Shown piece by piece: positions 45,793 to 55,171 of a stretch of 64,000 nucleotides of DNA. The notes below the pieces were generated by a model, which was not told where the DNA came from, did no database searches, and was given only the letters and a program-made list of their open reading frames with translations. The DNA lies in IMG/VR virus record IMGVR_UViG_3300043313_000558. One strand, written 5' to 3'. Made by a program: the position numbers and the translations under genes. Source of the stretch: a virus. Its lineage: Duplodnaviria; Heunggongvirae; Uroviricota; Caudoviricetes. Every line of letters begins with the position of its first letter. Within the stretch, counting starts at the first letter, position 1.

Positions 45793-46200
45793 TCACGTGA
45801 AACGCTCGATCAGCTCATCCAGCCAGCGCTCGTGCGCGGCCTCCATCTTCTTCTTGCGAGCGACCCGGCCGGCGTACCGGCCGGAGGTCTTCGCAGCGAA
45901 CCCCGGCATTGGCAGTCCGTCGTAGTACTTGGACTTCCAGCCGGGGAAGTAGTCGCATCCACAGCCCAGTGGGCCGATGGAGGTGACGATGGTGTTGTCC
46001 ACCGGGTCGATGGAGTACTCGCACCGCCCCCAAGGACATAGGACCTGGTAGGTCCGGTCCATCACCTTGCGGGCGTGCAGGTAGCCCTTCATGAACTCCG
46101 GGTCTTCCATCTGCTTGCGCAGGTAGTCGTCGAAGGTCTCCCGGTCCAGCCGCTCTGCCTCACTCACCGGGTTGCCTCGATCGTTGGATGGTGACCACAA
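45793..46200 (-). CDS. hypothetical 135-aa protein with Cys pairs
   Basis: CPWGRCEY..GCGCDY. Confidence 0.4.
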   Translation of the reverse strand: MWSPSNDRGNPVSEAERLDRETFDDYLRKQMEDPEFMKGYLHARKVMDRTYQVLCPWGRCEYSIDPVDNTIVTSIGPLGCGCDYFPGWKSKYYDGLPMPGFAAKTSGRYAGRVARKKKMEAAHERWLDELIERFT

Positions 46201-46655
46201 TGCCCGGGTCGTCGGTACGCTGGCCGACCGCGTAGGCGAGGGTCACCCGGTACCGCAACCCGTTCTGATCGGTGACGACGATCCGGTTCCGTAAGGCCTC
46301 CAATGCGTTGGCGGCCGCCACGACCTGCTCTCCTAGTTCGCTCATTTACTCTCCTCTGTCGTTCCAGACGATGACCGCGATCATCACGATGATGGCGACC
46401 GCGATGATCCCAAAGCAGCCGAGAACGAACGGGTCGTTCATCCACTCGGGCATCCACTGCGGTGGCCAAGGATCAGGTGCGGGTTCCATTGGTTCCCCTT
46501 AGGTGTTCTCCAAGCCTGCCCTCTCTTTCAAGGAGGTCTCCAACCCCCAGATGGCCATGTAGAGAGAGAACCACCAGGTGCCCTGCTGGATTGGGGGTGG
46601 GACCAGCCAGGTGGCCGTGTACGCCACCCCCAATGCCAACAGGATCTTGGTCTGC

Positions 46656-46925
46656 TTACTCAAGGCCCAGTTCTCGTCTAAGAGCCCGCACGACTTCCTG
46701 CGGGTCCGCGGCCCTGCCTGCCCCGCTCAGGATGGACGCGACGATCGCTGGTTGTCCTCCCAAGCACGGTATGCACTTGCTGTCGATGTTCGGGTCCACG
46801 AAGGCCTTCTCAGAGCCCGGGGACAGCCAGCACTGGTGACCGCAGCCAGCGGTCACCTCGTAGGCCTCCGGCACCCACTTGGCGTGGGTTACCGGGGACA
46901 GGACCAAGACGGCGTGCTCACTCAT
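46656..46925 (-). CDS. Cys-containing 89-aa protein
   Basis: GCGHQCW...CIPCLG. Confidence 0.35.
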   Translation of the reverse strand: MSEHAVLVLSPVTHAKWVPEAYEVTAGCGHQCWLSPGSEKAFVDPNIDSKCIPCLGGQPAIVASILSGAGRAADPQEVVRALRRELGLE

Positions 46926-47108
46926 AGCCCAGGTCCGTCAGGGCCTTGTCGAAGATGTGCCGCAGCACCGGGGCCACGGTGTCCTCGATGCTGGCCCCCT
47001 CCTCGGGAACCAGCTGGGCGACCACCTCGTTGCCGAAGAGGACCTCGACGAGGTCACCGTCGGTGTCCGGGACGGTGCGGGCGGTCAGCTTGGCCAGGTC
47101 GGTGTCGT

Positions 47109-47477
47109 TCATTCGTAACGCTCCTTGTTGAGTGCGGACTTCGCCTTGTGGCGGGCCCGTCGGTTCTGCCTTCTGCGGTAGTACTGCGAGGTGCACAGCT
47201 GGCACCCGCAGTCGCTCTTGATCCGGCCGTGCAGGCCGATGTACGGGTCCGGGGACCAGTAGCACTGGACCCGGTTTAGGTGAAACATCCCGTTCCACTT
47301 GGACTGCCAGATCCGGAACATGGTCGGCGGTATCGAGGTCGGGTGGTGCCCGGTCAACGGGGGCAGGTTGCAGTTCTTCGGGTCTGCCAAACACTCGCGG
47401 GAGTGCACCGGTTGGGCGGTGCGGTCTCCCTCAACAGCCTGCACCCGCCATGGGCGGGTCTTGTCGGTCTTACTCAC
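47109..47477 (-). CDS. small Cys-rich protein (122 aa), last member of tandem array
   Basis: CGCQLCTSQYY; basic C-terminus. Confidence 0.4.
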   Translation of the reverse strand: MSKTDKTRPWRVQAVEGDRTAQPVHSRECLADPKNCNLPPLTGHHPTSIPPTMFRIWQSKWNGMFHLNRVQCYWSPDPYIGLHGRIKSDCGCQLCTSQYYRRRQNRRARHKAKSALNKERYE

Positions 47478-47724
47478 TCTTCTCCTCTTTCTTCACCCCG
47501 CCTTCGGGGAACATCAGCGCCTGGTACATGGCGTTCTCGCTGCGCAGCGTGTACACCTGCTTCATCAGCTCGATGACGCAGTCGGGGCAGATCGCCTCGG
47601 GCTTGTGGTCCTTGCCCTTCCACGGGCCGATGTGCCCGCAGAGGCCGGTCACTAGGTGGCCGACCTTGGTGTCGTCGTCGACGACCTCGGTGATGTGGCC
47701 GAGCTCGTCGTTGGGAGTTCCCAT
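47470..47724 (-). CDS. small zinc-ribbon protein (84 aa), tandem array member
   Basis: internal start MGTPNDELGH; CGHIGPWKGKDHKPEAICPDC. Confidence 0.4.
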   Translation of the reverse strand: MGTPNDELGHITEVVDDDTKVGHLVTGLCGHIGPWKGKDHKPEAICPDCVIELMKQVYTLRSENAMYQALMFPEGGVKKEEKSE

Positions 47725-47726
47725 CG

Positions 47727-47984
47727 TCACGCTTCTCCTAGGATCGTCCAGTGGTTTTGGACTTGTAGCGGTCGGTTGCATTTGTTGCACCCGACGGTGA
47801 GCTCGGGCTTTCCTTCGTAGCTGCGGATCGTCGCGGTGCACTGCTCGCAGACGTAGACGACCTGGTAGTCGCCGCACAACGAGCAGTTGATCCGCATGAT
47901 GTGGGTGCCCCGGTGGATCGACGGGTCACCGTGGAAGTGGCACTTTTTGGGCAACGCCTCCTGACCTCGAACTACCTGGGCCAT
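47727..47984 (-). CDS. small Cys-rich protein (85 aa), tandem array member
   Basis: internal start MAQVVRGQ; CHFHG..CSLCGDYQVVYVCEQC..CNKCNRP..HWTILGEA. Confidence 0.45.
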   Translation of the reverse strand: MAQVVRGQEALPKKCHFHGDPSIHRGTHIMRINCSLCGDYQVVYVCEQCTATIRSYEGKPELTVGCNKCNRPLQVQNHWTILGEA

Positions 47985-47995
47985 CACCAGCTCCT

Positions 47996-48346
47996 TTACT
48001 GTGCGACGTCGCCGATGGTCTTCCAGAGCACCCGGGATTCGCTGACCCCATTGCAGTCCTTGCAGCGGGACCGCGAACCCGTGTTCTGCTGGTAACTGTC
48101 CACGTCCATGGCGCAGTGGGCGCACACCGAGACGATCTTGAAGACGCCGCACTTTTGGCAGTCGACTCGTAGGTACCGGCACGAGATCACCCCCGGCTGG
48201 CCGACGGCATCGTGGAAGTAGCAGAACTCACTGGGCTCCTTCTTCTTGCTGATGACGGTGACGATGTCGCCCGCGCTGCCGCTGGTGGTAGCGGTCCAGG
48301 TGACCCCGTTGCCGACGATGGTGAGGTTGTTGACGAGTACGGCCAT
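47996..48346 (-). CDS. small Cys-rich protein (116 aa), tandem array member
   Basis: internal start MAVLVNNL; CRYLRVDCQKCG..CAHCAM..CKDCNG..LWKTIGDVAQ. Confidence 0.45.
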   Translation of the reverse strand: MAVLVNNLTIVGNGVTWTATTSGSAGDIVTVISKKKEPSEFCYFHDAVGQPGVISCRYLRVDCQKCGVFKIVSVCAHCAMDVDSYQQNTGSRSRCKDCNGVSESRVLWKTIGDVAQ

Positions 48347-48615
48347 CAGGCCCTCCCGAGGATGTCCATGCCCACCGGCATACGGCGGTTCTTGTGGCAG
48401 CCCATGCATCTCCACCTGGGCCGTTGGTCCAGCGGCATCTCCCTGGCGAAGTTGTTGCGACGCTCGATGTACTCCTTGCAGTCGTCGCAGATCTCCAGCA
48501 CCTGGAAGTAGTCGCACTTGTCGCAGGTCCGGCGCAGCAACCACTTTGCTGGCTTCCGGTTGCAGACCGTGGTCCGCTGGCACATGCCCAGCGGGTTGTT
48601 GGCGTAGACGGCCAT
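48346..48615 (-). CDS. small Cys-rich protein (89 aa), tandem array member
   Basis: internal start MAVYANNPLG; CDKCDYFQVLEICDDC..CMGCHKN..MDILGRA. Confidence 0.45.
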   Translation of the reverse strand: MAVYANNPLGMCQRTTVCNRKPAKWLLRRTCDKCDYFQVLEICDDCKEYIERRNNFAREMPLDQRPRWRCMGCHKNRRMPVGMDILGRA

Positions 48616-48863
48616 TACTCCGCCACGCTCTCGTAGAGCGTCCAGGCCAGGTTCGCCTCCATCGACCGCTTGCACTTCGGGCACCAGGTGTAGGCACCCC
48701 AGCCCTTGTCGATGTAGGCCCGGAAGACCTTGGCGCAGGCGGTGCACATGCCGGTGATCGACATGTGCCCACACCGCGGACACGAGTGCCGCACGTAGTG
48801 GGTGATCGGTTCCAGGTTGCGTACCGGGTGGCCCTGACCTGCGATTTCACAGAACATGCTCAT
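48615..48863 (-). CDS. small Cys-rich protein (82 aa), tandem array member
   Basis: CPRCGHMSITGMCTAC...CPKCKRS. Confidence 0.45.
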   Translation of the reverse strand: MSMFCEIAGQGHPVRNLEPITHYVRHSCPRCGHMSITGMCTACAKVFRAYIDKGWGAYTWCPKCKRSMEANLAWTLYESVAE

Positions 48864-49120
48864 CAGACGCTCCCTAAGATCGCCCAGTAGTCCCGGACGC
48901 GGCCCTCGTGGTGGCAGTACGAGCAGTGCATCGAGGTGTTGGCCCTGATCTTCTCCTCGACGTGGTCACGGCAGGTTGGGCACAGGGCCTTGATCTTGTA
49001 GTAGCTGCAGCGCTCCGGGTGGTACGGGCAGGTGCTGCGCATGAGGACCACGGCAAACCGGTTGGAGTGGTCTGATCGGTAGGTGCAGTACTGGGGCTCC
49101 ATTTCTCTCCTTGCGGACAT
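48863..49120 (-). CDS. small Cys-rich protein (85 aa), first member of tandem array
   Basis: CPYHPERC..CPTCRDH..CSYCHHEG..YWAILGSV. Confidence 0.45.
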   Translation of the reverse strand: MSARREMEPQYCTYRSDHSNRFAVVLMRSTCPYHPERCSYYKIKALCPTCRDHVEEKIRANTSMHCSYCHHEGRVRDYWAILGSV

Positions 49121-49126
49121 GAAGAA

Positions 49127-49160
49127 GCCCCCTGGTCGAAGGCAGTGACGACCAGGGGGC
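49127..49160 (-). terminator. 12-bp-stem hairpin upstream of the Cys-rich array
   Basis: gccccctggtcg / cgaccagggggc. Confidence 0.4.
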
Positions 49161-49226
49161 CCCGAACGGGTGCAGCGGAAGATCGCGCTCCCGCTCAGGC
49201 CAACCTGGGAGGCATTTCCAGGTTGG

Positions 49227-50075
49227 TCACTTGGTGATGGTATTGGGGTCGGTCAGCTCAAAGTCCGCCAACGCCTCCTCCACCGAGGTGTAAACCGGTA
49301 GGTCAGGATATCTACTCCTGATCCTCTGCATCGCGTACTCATCCGGCTGGAAGGTGTGCGGGAACTGTCGCCGGATGTCGGCCATGAACGCCATCTGCAT
49401 GCTGTGGTAGCCGTTGCTGGCCTTGGTGTAGTTCCTCCAGCGGCGCTTGTGGACCTTGCCCACCACGGCCATCACCACAGTGCCCGACCAGCAGATCAAG
49501 GTCGGGATCGGAAACGGCAGCACCGTGGTGAAGGTCAGCACCAGCCCGAAGACCAGCAGGAACACCGCGGCGAACATCCCGAACCACAGCAGCCTCATGC
49601 TGGGCATCTTGGGCTCGCCGGGCTTCTCCTCGTACGCCGCGAGGGTGTCCTCGTCGTCGTAGGCCAGGGCCAGGATCTCCATCTTCTCGGAGCGGAAGCC
49701 CTGGTCACCGTAGGTGAGCCGACCGTAGGCCTTGACGATCGCGAAGACCCCGCCGACCGGCAGGTAGGTGTAGGCCCTCTTCTGGGTGAAGTAGGCGTAG
49801 AACCCACAGGAGCATTCCTGCATGGCCACCTTGTGGTCGACCAGCCCCTTCTCGGTGTACGCCTTGCCCATGTGGCCAACTCGGACCTGACGACGGACCA
49901 GCAGCCCACCGTCGTTGTAGTTGATGCAACCCGCCACGTTGGTATTGGTCGGGTTCCACACGAAGTGCTGCTGCGGGGAGTGGATGTACCCGCTGGCTGT
50001 GATCGTCATTGCCCTTATCCCCACCAGGTACCCCGGGTATACCGGGGCCGCGTGTCGGGAGAAGTAGTCCTCCAT
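49227..50075 (-). CDS. 282-aa protein with central transmembrane segment
   Basis: LLWFGMFAAVFLLVFGLVLTFTTVLPFPIPTLICWSGTVVMAVVG hydrophobic block between two soluble domains. Confidence 0.45.
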   Translation of the reverse strand: MEDYFSRHAAPVYPGYLVGIRAMTITASGYIHSPQQHFVWNPTNTNVAGCINYNDGGLLVRRQVRVGHMGKAYTEKGLVDHKVAMQECSCGFYAYFTQKRAYTYLPVGGVFAIVKAYGRLTYGDQGFRSEKMEILALAYDDEDTLAAYEEKPGEPKMPSMRLLWFGMFAAVFLLVFGLVLTFTTVLPFPIPTLICWSGTVVMAVVGKVHKRRWRNYTKASNGYHSMQMAFMADIRRQFPHTFQPDEYAMQRIRSRYPDLPVYTSVEEALADFELTDPNTITK

Positions 50076-50101
50076 TGTTTGCCTTTCGGTGCGAAAGGGA
50101 A

Positions 50102-50144
50102 GGCCGCCCCCAGGCCGGGGTCCAGTCGGGACCTGAGGGCGGCC
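50102..50144 (-). terminator. 8-bp GC stem hairpin between genes
   Basis: ggccgccc / gggcggcc. Confidence 0.35.
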
Positions 50145-50159
50145 GCTGGTGGGGTAGGC

Positions 50160-50480
50160 CTAGGAGACCTTGTTCAGCTCGCCCTTGAAGGTGAGGTCCT
50201 CGGCGGTGTGCTTGCCGTTGTCGGGGTCCTCGCACTTGCAGTAGTACTGGTCGCGGTAGCCGTACTGGACGCACCTCCAGCACAGCCGGACGGTGTGGTA
50301 CTTCTCCTTGTCGGCCTGCGTCTTGCAGCAGTCGGAGTTGTCGACCTCGACCATGATGATCGCCGGGACGTCGTCACCACCGCGGTGGTTGACGTACTGG
50401 CACTTCTTGCCGGTCTCGCGGTACGGGTCGAAGGCCTCGTCTTCGGCCATCCGCTCGACGTTCACCTTGTAGTTACTCAT
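50160..50480 (-). CDS. Cys-rich 106-aa protein
   Basis: SDCCKTQ..LCWRCVQYGYRDQYYCKCED. Confidence 0.4.
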   Translation of the reverse strand: MSNYKVNVERMAEDEAFDPYRETGKKCQYVNHRGGDDVPAIIMVEVDNSDCCKTQADKEKYHTVRLCWRCVQYGYRDQYYCKCEDPDNGKHTAEDLTFKGELNKVS

Positions 50481-50520
50481 CCTGTTCCTGCCTCTTCCTT
50501 TTGGTGGGGTGGTGCTGGGT

Positions 50521-51261
50521 CTAAGCGGGCCGGACCTTGTAGCCCATGGCCTCCAGGTCTGCGACCATCTCGTCCAAGGTCACGCCGCCGGGCATGGTGA
50601 TGACCGCTGCGGTCTCCACCTCCGGCAGCAGGAAGCCGATCTCGACGAACTGCTCGCGGGCCCACTCCAGGTCCTCAGCGGAGCCGCCACAGCGGCTCCA
50701 GAGGTCTGTGAGCAGCTTCAGGACGTCGTAGTCCTGGGTCTCCTCGTAGCCGTCCGCCGGTGCCGTCTCGGACAGCCCGGCCTCGGGCTCGGCAACAGCC
50801 CCGTCGGTGGCCGTAGGGGGCTCTGCAGGCCACGCAGGCGCGGTGACCAGCTGAGGGCCCTTGGAGCCCTCTCCGGCCCGCTGAGCGGCCTCGTGGATGG
50901 CCTCGATGACCTCCTTGGGCTGCTTGGCTACCGCCGCCTTCTTGGTGCTGCGACGGCCGCCTTCACGGTCCGGGGGCGGGTCCTTCAAGCCCAGGTCCTT
51001 CATGATCCGGTCCCGCAGCTGCAGGACGTCCACGTGGGCTGGAGGACGGACCTGCTTGGGCGTGATCTTGGTACCCGTCGGGTTCTGGAAGCTCTTGGGT
51101 ACTTCGGTCAGCGAGTACGTGAAGCACCTGCCGTCCTTGGCGATCCAGACCCGGTACTCCGGGGTGTAGATGTGGTACGTCTTCCGGTTGGTTTGGTAGA
51201 CGTAGCCCTCGTAAAACCGCTTTCCTTCCATCAGGTGATGGCGGAAAGCGGTGGTCTTCAT
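50521..51261 (-). CDS. hypothetical 246-aa protein
   Basis: internal start MKTTAFRHHLMEGKRFYEGYVYQT; acidic C-terminal half. Confidence 0.4.
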   Translation of the reverse strand: MKTTAFRHHLMEGKRFYEGYVYQTNRKTYHIYTPEYRVWIAKDGRCFTYSLTEVPKSFQNPTGTKITPKQVRPPAHVDVLQLRDRIMKDLGLKDPPPDREGGRRSTKKAAVAKQPKEVIEAIHEAAQRAGEGSKGPQLVTAPAWPAEPPTATDGAVAEPEAGLSETAPADGYEETQDYDVLKLLTDLWSRCGGSAEDLEWAREQFVEIGFLLPEVETAAVITMPGGVTLDEMVADLEAMGYKVRPA

Positions 51262-51586
51262 GATCGTGGCGCGGTTCACGCTCGACTCCTCAAATACTTG
51301 GTGGTCATCAACGCGCCCATGATCAGGCCGAAGAAGACCCAGTTCTCGGTGGCTAGTGCTGCGAACGCACAGACGGCGATGAAGCACCAGAAAAACAGGA
51401 AGGCCCCCACCAGGGCCGCGAACAGTTGGAAGAACAGCATTGGCTGGCCCTTCTAGGCGGGGACCTTTTCAGGCTCCTTGACGGGCTCCTTAGCAGGAGC
51501 AGGCTCAGGCTGGGTTGCCGGAACCTCGATGGGCTCGAACTCGACCTCGTGGGGGTCCTCACCGATGTTTCCCATGGGGCTGCCTT

Positions 51587-51862
51587 TCAGTTGGAGAGGG
51601 AAATAAGGGTGAAGATCACCCAGATGAAAAAGATCGCCGTGCCTCCGAGCACGACGACGATCAGCCACCATTTGGCGGCTGTTTGGAGCCAGGGCTTGGC
51701 CTTGGGATCTTGGCGGACCATGTTCTGGGAGGTCATCCGGCCCTGGTCGTTGATCTGCACCTCGGACTTGAACCGGGGCTTGGACCACCACAGGCGGACT
51801 ACTGCCGCGCCCATGGTGGTGATCGAGGCCAGGACCGCGAAGAACGGCGCGATAACCCTCAT
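51587..51862 (-). CDS. 2-TM small membrane protein (91 aa)
   Basis: internal start MRVIAPFFAVLASITTMGAAVV; second helix WWLIVVVLGGTAIFFIWVIFTLI. Confidence 0.4.
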   Translation of the reverse strand: MRVIAPFFAVLASITTMGAAVVRLWWSKPRFKSEVQINDQGRMTSQNMVRQDPKAKPWLQTAAKWWLIVVVLGGTAIFFIWVIFTLISLSN

Positions 51863-52098
51863 CGGCCGACCTTCTTCCCGGTCACGACCTCGTAGATGAT
51901 GACGCCGACCCAGCCCAAGATGACCAGCAACGTGCCGACCATCGACAGCAGCCCGATCAGCTCGAACTGGTCGGGCGCGACGAAGAAAGCGATCATCACG
52001 CAGAGCTGGAACAGGGCCAGGGCGCACAGCCCTAGCAACAGCGGAAGTGGCATCCCGGCGAACCACCTGACCAGGCGGTTCATCGGTTCATCTCCCAC
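51859..52098 (-). CDS. 2-TM small membrane protein (79 aa)
   Basis: PLPLLLGLCALALFQLCVMIAFFV and LLSMVGTLLVILGWVGVIIY. Confidence 0.4.
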   Translation of the reverse strand: MGDEPMNRLVRWFAGMPLPLLLGLCALALFQLCVMIAFFVAPDQFELIGLLSMVGTLLVILGWVGVIIYEVVTGKKVGR

Positions 52099-52448
52099 AG
52101 CAGGAGGTTGCCGATGGCGAGACCCACGAGGATCCCGCCCAAGATGGCCGCCATGTACTTGGCGACCGAGTGAATGCGATCTCTCATGTGGCCTCCAATG
52201 CCAGGTAGATCATGCAGCCGGTCGAGATCAGGATGCAGATCGTCAGAACGATCCCGATCAGGAAGTCGACCAGGTCGTCGGGCTTCTGCTTCTTGCTCAC
52301 GTGAGCGCCCAGGCCATGACGCCGAGGATGGCGACAACGGCGACGAGGGCGACGAACTGGAGTTCTCCATCGGTCATGCCCCCCTCACTAGCACAGCGGC
52401 GAACAGGACGACGATCACGAGCCAGGCACCCAGAGCCAGGTGCATGAA
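52080..52448 (-). other. cluster of three to four tiny (25-40 aa) single-TM peptide ORFs
   Basis: hand translations MRDRIHSVAKYMAAILGGILVGLAIGNLLLWEMNR; VSKKQKPDDLVDFLIGIVLTICILISTGCMIYLALEAT; MTDGELQFVALVAVVAILGVMAWALT; MFMHLALGAWLVIVVLFAAVLVRGA. Confidence 0.3.
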
Positions 52449-52653
52449 CATCTCGAAGCGGCGCTGCGACCGCTCCTCGTTCAAAGCTGCTCCAGGACGT
52501 TGTAGAGCTGGTTGATGCCGGTTCCCAGCAGCACCAGCCCGTAGCTGCGCATCTCCCGGTCGGTCATCTCGCCGGAGTCGAGCGCCCGAGTACAGGCGGC
52601 ACATCGAGTCCGACAGTGACCTAGTTCCAGGACCCCTTCCGGGTCGATGTGGT

Positions 52654-52926
52654 TCATAGCGCCTCCTTACAGGTCGGGTCGTTCGGCACGACGCTGATCG
52701 CGTCGTTGCTGGCCGTCTGGTAGATCCGGTTGCCGTGGTCGCAGGTGGTGGCGATCTTGGCGAACCCCGTGGGCATCAGGACGATGTCCCCGCTCTTGGT
52801 GGAGGTCTGACCCTCCTCGGAGTGCGGGTACTCACCGCAGGCCACCAGGGTGGCTCCGATGACGAAGATGACACCGGCGATCTTGAGCCGCTTGATGTCC
52901 GATCTGGTGAACAGAGGGCGCTTCAT
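52654..52926 (-). CDS. small lipoprotein (90 aa)
   Basis: signal peptide with lipobox IGATLVACG. Confidence 0.5.
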   Translation of the reverse strand: MKRPLFTRSDIKRLKIAGVIFVIGATLVACGEYPHSEEGQTSTKSGDIVLMPTGFAKIATTCDHGNRIYQTASNDAISVVPNDPTCKEAL

Positions 52927-53205
52927 GGGAGAAACACCTCCGCCAGCGCGTAGCCGAGGGCTACGAAGAACGCGATCCGGAAGGGCAGCATCTTCCTGCT
53001 CCAGAACCAGTTCATGAGTCCTCCCGGATCTCCAGCTGCCAGCGGTCCCCGTTGTAGACCAACGAGACCTCCTGGTCGCGGGTGTTCTCGGTAAGCCGGA
53101 CCTCGCTGCGCACCAGGAAGCCGAGGCCGTTGGCGGCGTCCTCGATGGCCTGCTGGGTCTCTACGGCCTGCCGGGCCAGCTCGAAGGGCAGGATCGCGAT
53201 GGTCC

Positions 53206-53496
53206 TCACGACTCCTCCTCGACGGGCTTGATCTCGTCCTCGTCGGTGAGGGTGACCTGGAAGACGGTCTTGTCGCCGATCGCCTTCTTGGCGGCCTCGA
53301 TGTCTCCCCACCAGCACTGGAAGCCCCAGACGCCCTTGCCGTCGTCGAGCAGGATGTAGGGGTTCTTGATCCCCAGCTCCTTGAATGGGCTGACGTCCGG
53401 AACGCGGTTACCGACGTAGGTGCCCTCGCCGAACACGTGGACGGAGACGTCGGTGGACTTCTGCATGGCCATCACCTTGGCCCCGACGGCGGTCAC
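53206..53496 (-). CDS. hypothetical 96-aa protein
   Basis: ORF. Confidence 0.35.
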   Translation of the reverse strand: MTAVGAKVMAMQKSTDVSVHVFGEGTYVGNRVPDVSPFKELGIKNPYILLDDGKGVWGFQCWWGDIEAAKKAIGDKTVFQVTLTDEDEIKPVEEES

Positions 53497-54413
53497 GGGT
53501 TCACCAGCGCGTTGCCGTAGGTGGGCTGCCAGGGGTTGATCCCCTTGGCGACCGCCTGCGCCTTGGCCCAGGCCTCGGCACCGCCGTAGCTACGGATCTC
53601 CGCAGCTCGGATCTGCGCCTCGATCTGGGCGACCTTGAGCTCGGCCTCCTTCTGGGAGACCTGGCTGTTGGCTGCCGCCTCCGCAGCCGAAGCGTCCGCC
53701 TTGGCCTTGGCCTCGGTGGCCTTGGCAGCGGCGATCGCCTCCTCCTGAGAGCGCACTGAGGCGACCAGGGACTCCGGGGCGATCGGCTGGGTGACCAGCA
53801 CCGAGTAGCCCTGGAAGAAGTCCTCCTGGCCCTCCATCTGCTGGTTGATCAGCCGGGCGATCGTCTCGTTGACGTCGGCGTTGATCTTGTCCTTGATCGA
53901 CGGATCGGAGCGCAGCTCGTTCCAGGTGTACTGCTTGGCGAGCCGGTCCAGCGAGGCGTCCAGCGGAGGTGCCATGTAGAGGTTGAGCACCTTGGTCCAG
54001 CCGTCACCGGTCTGGTTGTCCTCCATGTAGGCCCGGTACCGGTTCCCGATCAGGTCGTGGAACCGCTGCAGGACCTTGCAGTCGGTGTTGAGCACGAAGC
54101 TCAGCGTGCCCGGGATGGTCAGGGTCTGACCGTCCTTGGACACCACCTCGAAGGGCCCACGGTCGCTGCCGTTGACCCCGCGGAAGTCGAAGACCCGCTG
54201 GTTCTGGGGGTAGGCGTAGTAGTCGTCGCCCATCCCGGTACCCCAGTTGATCTGTCGGGTGGCTGCCGGGACGCAGCCCTTGTCCTCGTGGCCCTCGGAG
54301 ATACCGGAGCCCTTGTGCACGAACACCTCGTCAGCCTGGGTGCTGGGTGCGGAACACCCGGCAAGCGCCAGAGCTGCGAGGATGCCGCCTGCAACTGCCT
54401 TATTCATCTTCAT
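53493..54413 (-). CDS. lipoprotein (306 aa) with Ala/Glu-rich coiled-coil C-terminus
   Basis: lipobox LALAGCSAP; C-terminal ..AAAKATEAKAKADASAAEAAANSQVSQKEAELKVAQIEAQIRAAEIRSYGG coiled coil, reminiscent of SPFH/band-7 tails. Confidence 0.5.
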   Translation of the reverse strand: MKMNKAVAGGILAALALAGCSAPSTQADEVFVHKGSGISEGHEDKGCVPAATRQINWGTGMGDDYYAYPQNQRVFDFRGVNGSDRGPFEVVSKDGQTLTIPGTLSFVLNTDCKVLQRFHDLIGNRYRAYMEDNQTGDGWTKVLNLYMAPPLDASLDRLAKQYTWNELRSDPSIKDKINADVNETIARLINQQMEGQEDFFQGYSVLVTQPIAPESLVASVRSQEEAIAAAKATEAKAKADASAAEAAANSQVSQKEAELKVAQIEAQIRAAEIRSYGGAEAWAKAQAVAKGINPWQPTYGNALVNP

Positions 54414-54804
54414 TCTCTGCCTCTTCTTCTGTGATTGGAGTCAGTTGCGACTCGATGATGTGCGGTGTTTTCAACGTCTCAAGTGCCTCTTTGTGGCCCT
54501 CAAGCGCTTCCTGCTCGTTCGTGTACCGCCTGCAGTAGACCGAGCTGCGGTCCTCGTCATCAGGCATCCGAACGAAGATCATGGTTTCGAAGATGACCGG
54601 GTCACCTTCGTGGCTCCAGTTGTGGTTGATGCCGAGCCAGATGGTGGAGACGTCGAAGTCCCCGTACTGGTCGAAGGCCACCCGCCGGTAGTCCATCCAG
54701 TTCTTGGAGTCCCCAAGCAGCTCCACATACTGCTGGAAGCTGATCTTGTTGCCCTCACGGTCGTAGATGTCCATGTCGGGCAGGTCGGGGTACTTACGCG
54801 CCAT
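54400..54804 (-). CDS. hypothetical 134-aa acidic protein
   Basis: ORF. Confidence 0.4.
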   Translation of the reverse strand: MARKYPDLPDMDIYDREGNKISFQQYVELLGDSKNWMDYRRVAFDQYGDFDVSTIWLGINHNWSHEGDPVIFETMIFVRMPDDEDRSSVYCRRYTNEQEALEGHKEALETLKTPHIIESQLTPITEEEAENEDE

Positions 54805-55093
54805 CTCCGGTCTCCTCGGGGTCCGCGTAGAAGACCCCCAGGCAGCCCTGGGGGTGGGTGGTGACCTTGAAGCGCTGGGCGTCCAGGTCGTAGTGGTCGT
54901 AGATCATCGACCAGGTGGTGCCGAACAAGGACCAGGCCTCGGTGCGGGCGTCCTCCTCGTTGTCGGCCACGATGATGACGTACCCGTCTGGGTGCATGCC
55001 CAGGGGGTGTGGGTGGGTGCGGTACTGCACCCCGAAGGTGACGTAGAAGACGTGCTCCCGCGGGGTGGAAGCGGGGATCATCGGCTCTGCCAT
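54794..55093 (-). CDS. hypothetical 99-aa protein; first gene downstream of the promoter/hairpin cassette
   Basis: ORF with gaaaggg RBS. Confidence 0.4.
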   Translation of the reverse strand: MAEPMIPASTPREHVFYVTFGVQYRTHPHPLGMHPDGYVIIVADNEEDARTEAWSLFGTTWSMIYDHYDLDAQRFKVTTHPQGCLGVFYADPEETGDGA

Positions 55094-55124
55094 CGTGCTT
55101 CCCTTTCTGTTTAGGGCAGCAAAA

Positions 55125-55166
55125 AGCGCCCTGCTCCCAGGCCGGGCGTGGCCTGAAAGAGGGCGC
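55125..55166 (-). terminator. compound hairpin + T5 on minus strand, 18 nt downstream of a TATAAT box
   Basis: outer stem gcgccct / agggcgc, imperfect inner stem caggcc / ggcctg; plus-strand aaaaa at 55120-55124. Confidence 0.45.
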
Positions 55167-55171
55167 GAAAA

